This document shows, one piece after another, positions 56,098-64,000 of a stretch of DNA of 64,000 bases. The stretch is from Chrysomallon squamiferum. Its lineage: Eukaryota; Animalia; Mollusca. Under the pieces are notes generated by a model. That model was given only the letters and a program-made list of their open reading frames with translations. It did not search any database and was not told where the DNA came from. The stretch spans positions 23,560,001-23,624,000 of the forward strand of contig CM022670.1 in assembly GCA_012295275.1 (NCBI GenBank), given 5' to 3'. The number at the start of each line of letters is the position of its first letter. Position 1 is the first letter of the stretch. Both the position numbers and the translations under genes were made by a program.

Positions 56098-56985
56098 TTT
56101 TATTTATTTCTTTACCTATTTTATTATTGTTTTGTTTTGTTGTTGCTGTCTTTTGTGGAGGGGTTTCACCAGTTACACGTGTGAGAAAATCGACTCGCAT
56201 ATCGGTCTATATTTCAACTTAGTACATTCATCCACTAGATTTCTTTGATTCGATAAACCCTGTGCTGGTCACGTTTATTTATTCGTATTAATATCAATAT
56301 CACATTTCAACACAAAGGATTATATTGAGTCATTTAAACCTGAGTGAAAACTGTGGATGGGTTACATTTAATAACTTAAAAGATTAAATCGGGGGCAGCT
56401 GTTAGATATCACTCATATTAATCTGCTTGATTAAACTCGCGGTCAAGCATTCACTGCTTACAAAGGGTACAGAGACGCCCACAGAATACTTCTGTTTGTA
56501 CTGGCGTATCTTGGTAGACTGTGAAATTGGTTTAAGAAAAATCTGCGGTGAAGTTAAACCAAACAAAACTGGACTGATACTGGCCAAACAGAAGCTAACG
56601 GAATACTTGTGTTTCAGCGCATATTTTTATGGATGCGTTTTATGGTCAGATAATTAAGAATTTAAAAAAAAAAAAAAAAAAAAAGGATTAATAAAGATAT
56701 GATGAGTTAGTGATGTGTATTTATGAAATTTTGTTTACTCGTGAAAAATGAAAGATAAACGTGACTAGAACGCTTGCTATAAATCTCCGAGGTGCACCAA
56801 ATGACGTTGTTTCGCGTTTCAGACGTGACCCCAGCTTCAGTAAGGCCGTGCTCTGTATGTGGATCACAGGCCCGTGTTAAATAAATAAATAAAAATTATA
56901 ACTTTAAAAAAATAATAATAATAAATAAAAAAATAAAAACATATTTGTTTAGTGTTCCATTTTGGCTTTAGAAATGCATCCGATC

Positions 56986-57019
<34 letters not shown>

Positions 57020-57561
57020 GAAAAAAATCAAATAAAGTATTAAAAGAACGTATTCCCGCCTACAGCAGTTACTGCGCAATCACCGACGAAAACTTCAGTG
57101 CTCTGTAGAATGAAAGGTGTGCTAGATCGACGCGTGAACATCGACGGCTTTGATTTTCTGCCCGACCGTTATCAGGCATCTTGAGGTCATTTGAACAGCA
57201 GGTTCAAACATCTTCTATCGCATATTTGTGAAGGAAAGTTTGCAGTGTGCGAATCAAAGATTGGTTTGGATATACGCTTTGGAAGACAACTGTCGCTGAA
57301 ATATATGTAGCTGAGCTTTGGTTTAAACAGCGATTTCAGTTTTAATGTTTTCTTGTACAGTTTCTAGCTAGAAAGTGTTATTGGTCGTTTGTTCCTATCA
57401 TGTTTTCTGGCTGTGAATATCATGGTTAGTTTTCTTCTTCCTTGTAGATCGCCATTCTAATAAAGGTCAAATCTAACAAGTATTTTTTATATAGCTTAAA
57501 AAGTGTATGTTAAAAAAAAAAAAATAAAAAAAATAAAAATATCGCTAAGAAGTTTAATAAG

Positions 57562-57740
57562 TCATGGCTGTAACATTGAGGCAAATGAGGCAAATGGCTC
57601 ATATCGAAATTGACGTGTTTTTTTAAAAAAAACAAATAAAAAAAGATTTTATTTAAAAAATGTTAAATATAAATCTCTATTCCGATAGAAACGATATCCG
57701 CGGAATGAATTCGTTTATGTCTGCGGTTACCGTTTGAAGT
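57562..57740 (+). repeat. Dispersed repeat, copy 2 (paralogous to about 32688-32843)
   Basis: Aligned by eye with copy 1, same orientation. Confidence 0.85.
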
Positions 57741-59436
57741 CGACAGATCCCTCGCCAAAATTGTTTTGCCCTGTTCCGCTTGGCGATTAAATACTTTTGG
57801 CTTTTCTGTCTTATAAAACTATAATATTGTATAAAAAAAAAAAGAAACAGTGAAACAAGCAAAATAGAATTTGTAATAAATTCATAGATAGTGTACAAAA
57901 CAATTATTAAACAAATATTTCCTAATTTATTTTAATCATATCCCTGATATAAAAGTGAAAATGAATTAAGTCAACCGTAAATTTGAAAGACATTACTATA
58001 CATTCATTAGTTACAGATTCACTCGAGCCAGAAAGACTATTCAATCTCAGCACAAATTTTAATACAAAATAACTGTTATTAATTGTATTGTAAAAAGAAA
58101 ACTCTCAAAACAAGCTAGACTTCAAGCCAAAAATTTCAAACTGTATAATATTGTTCATTTGAAGTCACAGCACATCAAATTATAAAAGTTCATTTCAGTA
58201 ATTTCAGTGGTTTTCAGTTTAAAAAAAATTGTTAAAATAAATGTTTTTCTTGGAGAGACTTTTCTGGCTAAGGTCTCTTATTGAAGCCTGCTGAAAATTA
58301 ACCACACTCACAAATAAACTAGTAATCATTTTATGGGCAAATTTTCAATAAAATTCTACTCGGGATCGATCCAAAATGTTACTGACGTCCTCGAGGGTCT
58401 CACGTACTAGTTATTTTATAATTTTTGTAACTAGTGTTAGACGTGAAGGAATCACAAAGAAGATGGAAATATAATTGAGATAAATCGCTTACATTATCAG
58501 TTCTGAGTCTAGATTGAGATGAGACAAGATTACGAGGGAAATAATTTACTGTAGTCATCCAAGGTACTAAGTGCTGCTTTGGTCGCAGTGTGTTTTGTTT
58601 TTACAGTCAATCAATAGCTATCTAAAATGTCCTTCTACGTCTTAAAGGGTTGTCTCCCACGTTACACGTCCCATTTGTTACACACATAACTGTTACACAG
58701 TCAACTTAGGAATTAATTAAACAAAACCCTATAACGTTAGCGGGAAAGTCACCAGCTGAACATGGTTGAGCATATTTATGTGTGATGTTGTACAGTTACA
58801 TAAATATTGTGTGCTTCCTGCTGCATGCATCCTTCATATGTACCAAATGTGATATAATAATTCATATTATTAGTGTGCTGTGTGACTGAATTTATTACAT
58901 GTGGACGTGAATATATACTTCTGTTCTCAATTGTTGGTAGAACAGGTCTGCTTAATTGTTGCCTAATCGACCGTGTAACAACTGGTAAGATGAGTTCAGT
59001 GTTGCCTGCTGGATAGAAGGCATGTGGTTAGCAGCGTTCAGCCGTGAGCTGCGTTGTTGTAAGGTCTGTGTGACAGATGGGATGCTTAAAGTGGGCAAAC
59101 AGTTCCTAGACGTCTTGAAAGTCAGTGCTAAGTTACTGTTGACGTATCTGTATTAAAAGATTAATTAGACATATAAAATAATTAGCTAGAGTAAACTAAG
59201 GATATGTGCATGTGTGCGTCTGCGCGCGTGTGTGTGTGTGTGTGTGTGTGCGTGTAACAGGAATGACTAATTAGGTTATGTAATGTCATGTGGTTGTGGT
59301 GTAATTCTCTGAGTCAGCGGTTGTGTGTTTGACCAGAGTAATTATGTGTAACACCTGCTGGACGTTTATGTATTAAACAACGTTTTGTTTTTAATTTGAA
59401 ATCGTATTCAACTTTGTTCCGCGCTAAATACTCGAA

Positions 59437-59970
59437 CTCCTGGCCTGTTTGGTCTTTTGGCACTAAAAGCCAAGACTCGAGAGCGCTGAAAGAACTGTCA
59501 CAAATAACAGCAGATAACGTTTGCCCACTGAACAGCGGCAAAGTTCAGATGGACATAGGTAACAACATTTTTACTGGTCTGTTTGGTCTTTTGGCACTAA
59601 AGAACGGTTGCAAATAACAGCAGAGAACGTTTGGACATAGGTAACAACAGATGGACTTAGGTAACAACATTTTTACTGGTCTGTTTTTTAACCTTGATCT
59701 GAATTTTGTGACAAAAATATTTGATTTTTAATAGAATAATATAACAATATTGTTACACAGTATCTCTGGTAAACTTGCTAAGTAAATTGTAAGGCTTCAC
59801 TGTTCTGTAATGAATAGATGTAAGTGTGTGTGGATATAATATAAATATATATGCATGGTGGCCTACTGTTATTTAATGTAGTAATATTTGTTAACACTGA
59901 TACAGTGCAGAAATTTTTGTTTCTAGTGAACTTACACGTGCTAATTAAATACTTATTATCATAAGATCTT
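59437..59970 (+). repeat. Diverged duplicated segment, copy 1 (paralogous to about 62478-63111), containing an internal mosaic duplication
   Basis: Colinear blocks: ctcctggcctgtttggtct; aagactcgagagcgctgaaagaa; agttcagatggac[a/t]taggta; ttaaccttg...tgtgacaa; aaattgtaaggcttca; tgtttctagtgaac...tgctaat. Confidence 0.8.
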
Positions 59971-61164
59971 ATCTCTGATTATCCTAGAGCCAAACCAGCT
60001 CACAGAGATATATATACACCGATAGGATAATTTTTTTTAGATAATTAGTGTTTTATCCATTACAGTTTCTTTCTCGATTACCAGGTTAAATGAATTTAGG
60101 GTCTGTTATCGGTATCAGGGTTCAATAAATGAGGGTAATGATTAGAAAGTGAAAGCAAACCTTTACAGTGAAGAAAGTAAAATATTAAATCTTAAACAGA
60201 GACGACGAAAAGTGGAAATAAATAATGTATTTTCCATGGTAACAATGAAGCGTACAGAAAAACATGAAGAGTTGATTGTCTGCCAGTTTCGTAACAATCT
60301 CATCACAACCTTAACTGCACCACAGCTGGTTCTAAATTAAGCCAGAAGCCAATTAAATTTCTTAAATCAGTTAGTTACATAAGCGTGTTAGTGTTTAACA
60401 TAGCTGAAGAGGTGAAATATCCAAGTAATCTGCTGCTTCTTTTTGCACAAGAATAGCCTTTTTGTTGAAGCTTATTACAGATGCAGATTTAATTTAGAAA
60501 CAAACAAACCTTTCAAAGGATGTTACGGGGTGAAAAAAATGAAAGAAATAAAGACAAAAAAGCATAAAACAAATGTAAGAGATAGGCTTTTTCAGCTACC
60601 TGAGCTCTTTTTAATGTCTTGATTTCAATGCATACTCCGTTCAAGAACAAATTGAAGAACAATGTACCGTTCATTGGGTGTTGGTTATTTTTGGCAAACA
60701 GTTCAAGTATGCATGTCGTGGGAACAGTTTCTTACAGCATTAAGAGCAGGTTTCACATTTTTTTCTAAAATATATATATTAATTCAGTGTAATCAAATTC
60801 TTAAAAAAATTCTGTTATTTATTTTTTTATTTTTTTATTATTTAAAGTCGTTATTTTTGAAAATGTCGACTTCTGAAACAAATCTGTAAAACAAATAATT
60901 AAGCACTATTCGTGTTTATCCTGTTTCCAAGTAGAAAATCAGTTTTATTCAGTTATATTCTGCATTAAGGCAAACTACTTTCCCTTCAGTTGGGCGCCTG
61001 CCCTAGCGGAACTGTTGCAGTGAACCCGGGATTCTGGAAACTGTGTGGGAAGACCACGAAGGTTTGATTATATCTGCCAGCAGGTCCATATTAACATGGA
61101 CCTGTGTTGTGATAGTTTGGTTCGTGGTGGTGGTGCGAGTGTTTTTTTTATAATTTTAAATGTT

Positions 61165-61167
<3 letters not shown>

Positions 61168-61228
<61 letters not shown>
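61168..61228. repeat. Poly(T) tract of about 61 nt, the longest of many homopolymer runs in the window
   Basis: Seen directly. Confidence 0.95.
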
Positions 61229-61229
<1 letters not shown>

Positions 61230-62477
61230 TTGTTGAGGGTAGCTTCGATTCATTTTATTTTATTTTATTTTTTTTGTTTTTAATTATTTATTTGTGTTGT
61301 TGTTGTTGTTGTTGTTTCTTTTAATAAAACACTAGCCGTAATGACAAAAAGATTAAGATACTAAAGAAAAAAATCTGTCAAGATTTTCTTGCCCCCAGTT
61401 TTATTGTATTGTTTTGGATCGCATTATATTACACTCCTCTGCGTTTTCTGTATTACTTAACTTTGTGTTATTTTATTAAACTGAGTTATTTTCCACTACA
61501 AGCAGTTCTGCTGAGTAGTATTTTCTACATTTACCATAAAAAAAAAAAAAAAAAATGTTAGAAAAAAAGAAGAATTACAAAAAAAATGACTAAAGGCTAT
61601 AAATTTACACCTGACTAATTTTAGTAACATTTAACCATCAAAGCTTAAAAGCCTTTAATTTTATGTTACCTCCGATATAAAAAAATATCTTTAATATTGC
61701 GAAGAAGCGTTACGTGATTTTAACACGGAGGATACAAAAACTCTCGGAATTGTTGAGAATGCTATTTGTTTACCAGGTTAAACTCAACAAGCATTTGTCT
61801 GATTTCTTTATTTTCATTGACTTTGACTTCCCACCGTACGCCACTTGATTAAGAATCTTTATCTCTGGTGCCATCCAATTCAAAGGTACCGCGACAGGTG
61901 TAGAAGCACTTTACTGCGCAATCTCTGAATCGACCTCGGGCTACAAGGGAACTTTTCTTTCAAGCCGAATTTTTTTGAGTAAATGTAGTGTTAAAAAGAG
62001 AAGAGCTATGGGGAACACTTCTTCTTCGTGAAATACAGTACAGGTGTGTATAGGATGTTGAGAGAAGCTCGCGGTGAAATGTTATTTTAAACTCCGGTTT
62101 CTAAAAACTGACTGAGGTATGTTTTTACTTAGACTGTGACATCTGCACATATCTGCACCTTAAGAAAAAAAAAAATAAAAGCTAGTAAAATTTATTGGTA
62201 CTGTGTTCACTTCCCAGCCCCAAAAGATAGCTTTAAAAGTATACAGAATGTGACGGGGAAAAGCCTTTTTATTATTTTTAGTGTTGGCAAACCAAATACT
62301 CGTGGTTTTGATGTGGTCGTTTATTATGTAACGCCACCTAGCGGTAAGGTATTCTACTGGTATTGTATTTATACATACTATCGGGAACTTCAGATGCTTG
62401 TTTTTTTTTTTTTTTCACAACTTTTATTTGATTAAAAAAATGATAACCAGAATATCTCCATGCAATATATATACAAT

Positions 62478-63111
62478 CTCCTGACCAGTCTGGTCTAAGC
62501 ACAGATAGCCTAAGACTGAAGAGCTCTGAAAGAAATGTTTTAATCACAAGAGAAACGCCTGTGACTGTACGACTGTAGTTCAGATGGACTTAGGTAGCTA
62601 CGTATTTACTGGTATGTTTGTTTAACCTTGGTGTGACTGCTGTGACAATGCTATTATTTTTGTTCCATATTTTGAGTGTCTTCGGTAATCATGCAAAAGA
62701 AATTGTAGGCTTCAGTTCTCTAATATAACGATTATTCGGTACGATAATACGTAACCGGTAATCGTGAAAAGATGTTACTGTTTTTATCGAGGTATACACA
62801 AGTATTAATCCTGCATTACCAGGTAAATGAGTAGTTAAGTGAAATCTACGAGTAGGTGAAAAGTGCTTCAGTCTCCTTCTTAATAAAATTCATCTGTCAG
62901 CGTCTACGTCCTGTGTAAGTTAATGTTAAGTTAATAGAAATACATACCGTACAATGAAAGTAATTCTAATTAAAAAGTCGTGTGATTAGTTCTCGTGTGT
63001 TACTCACATCATATTTTGTAATTCGTCATCGCTAGAGTTAATCATAGTTTCAGGAGTGTATTGTTGTTTCTAGTGAACGTTAACCTGCTAATCAAATAGT
63101 TATATGAAGAT
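62478..63111 (+). repeat. Diverged duplicated segment, copy 2 (paralogous to about 59437-59970), with about 230 bp of extra sequence
   Basis: ctcctgaccagtctggtct; aagactgaagagctctgaaagaa; agttcagatggacttaggta; aaattgtaggcttca; tgtttctagtgaacgttaacctgctaatcaaata. Confidence 0.8.
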
Positions 63112-63127
63112 ACACATACGAGAATGT

Positions 63128-63200
63128 CGGACGTTTTGTCCACAGATATTTCGGTTTAGGACATTTGGGAATAGGACATCTCGGACTGGACGGTTTTGAC
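63128..63200. repeat. Degenerate tandem of about 15 bp with motif GGACRTTTYGG (about 5 copies), possibly a transposon subterminal repeat fragment
   Basis: ggacgttttgt, agatatttcgg, ggacatttggg, ggacatctcgg, ggacggttttg. Confidence 0.6.
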
Positions 63201-63325
63201 TGCATCAGTCAACCTTTTTCATTTTCAGAAAATAATACCGAAAATATGAAAATATTTATTTGTTAGCACTACACCACTTTCAAATATTAGGCTGGCACCG
63301 TGAAGCAGTTCAGGAATGGACTCAC

Positions 63326-63403
63326 ACCCAGAGGACCTGTTCTCACATAAACGTTGGATCTAAAGCTACACGTGCACTTTTTGTGGTTCTCGTTTTGAAA
63401 CAT
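63326..63403 (-). CDS. Weak candidate coding exon: MFQNENHKKCTCSFRSNVYVRTGPLG, phase 0; exon possibly 63447-63326
   Basis: Acceptor cattttccag| at 63448/63447, gagATG at 63403, donor GGT|GTGAGT at 63326/63325. Confidence 0.25.
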
Positions 63404-64000
63404 CTCTCTCACAAACTTGAGCACTTTCAACAAGAGCTTGGAATTCACTGGAAAATGACGTAGAATATCGTTTTATTCGTTAAGGTTTTCTTTCTCGGCT
63501 GTCTGGTATCTGGATTTAGCATTCTTTACCAGCATCTCGGTAGATATCCCTTGACATACAGATAACACACGCAAACACATCAGACATACAGACATGACTA
63601 TGTATATATATATAGATATATATATACACACATTCTTCTTTAAAAACAAATGTGCAATGGGAGAAGAAATTAAATCGTTTCATTTCATTCAGATTTTTTT
63701 CGTTTTTCTTGACGTTTTTAATTATATTGTTCTAATGAAATTTTTATGTACGTTATCGATACACTAGACTTAAAAATCAGACTTTCTGCGCTGAATGCTG
63801 ACACACCCAAAATGCTGACACATACAAAATAAAAAAAATTAACTGACATATGTTTGTTTTATACGAAAACACGGTATTACGAGTAACAGAAAAATACACG
63901 GTAACAAAAATAGATTTAAAGAAACTAGATTCCACTTAGGTGTGTGGAAAATAAATTGTAGTTTTATGTATGCAACTTAACAACTTGTTTTTGTAAACAG

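Overview
AT-rich, microsatellite-dense eukaryotic (metazoan) DNA. One SINE-like tail suggests a gastropod mollusc, but that rests on memory and is unverified. There are no operons, rRNA, tRNA, CRISPR arrays or intact transposase/RT ORFs, and almost all ORFs in the supplied track are artefacts of simple repeats. The window looks like the 5' end and upstream regulatory territory of one minus-strand gene that runs off the left edge; I could not identify its product. Evidence is a spliceable exon pair at 441-224 and 120-66, and a TATA+Inr promoter near 4189 with a 20-codon first exon. The main hypothesis is a series of further short ATG-to-donor exons at about 19.1, 36.7, 48.3 and 63.4 kb, all ending in phase 0, which could be alternative first exons giving different N-termini. 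Other structure: a CpG-depletion boundary near the proximal promoter, a perfect 30-bp-arm hairpin, a palindromic 29-bp minisatellite, a MITE-like relic, two dispersed duplications and a patchwork micro-rearrangement. All calls were made by eye.
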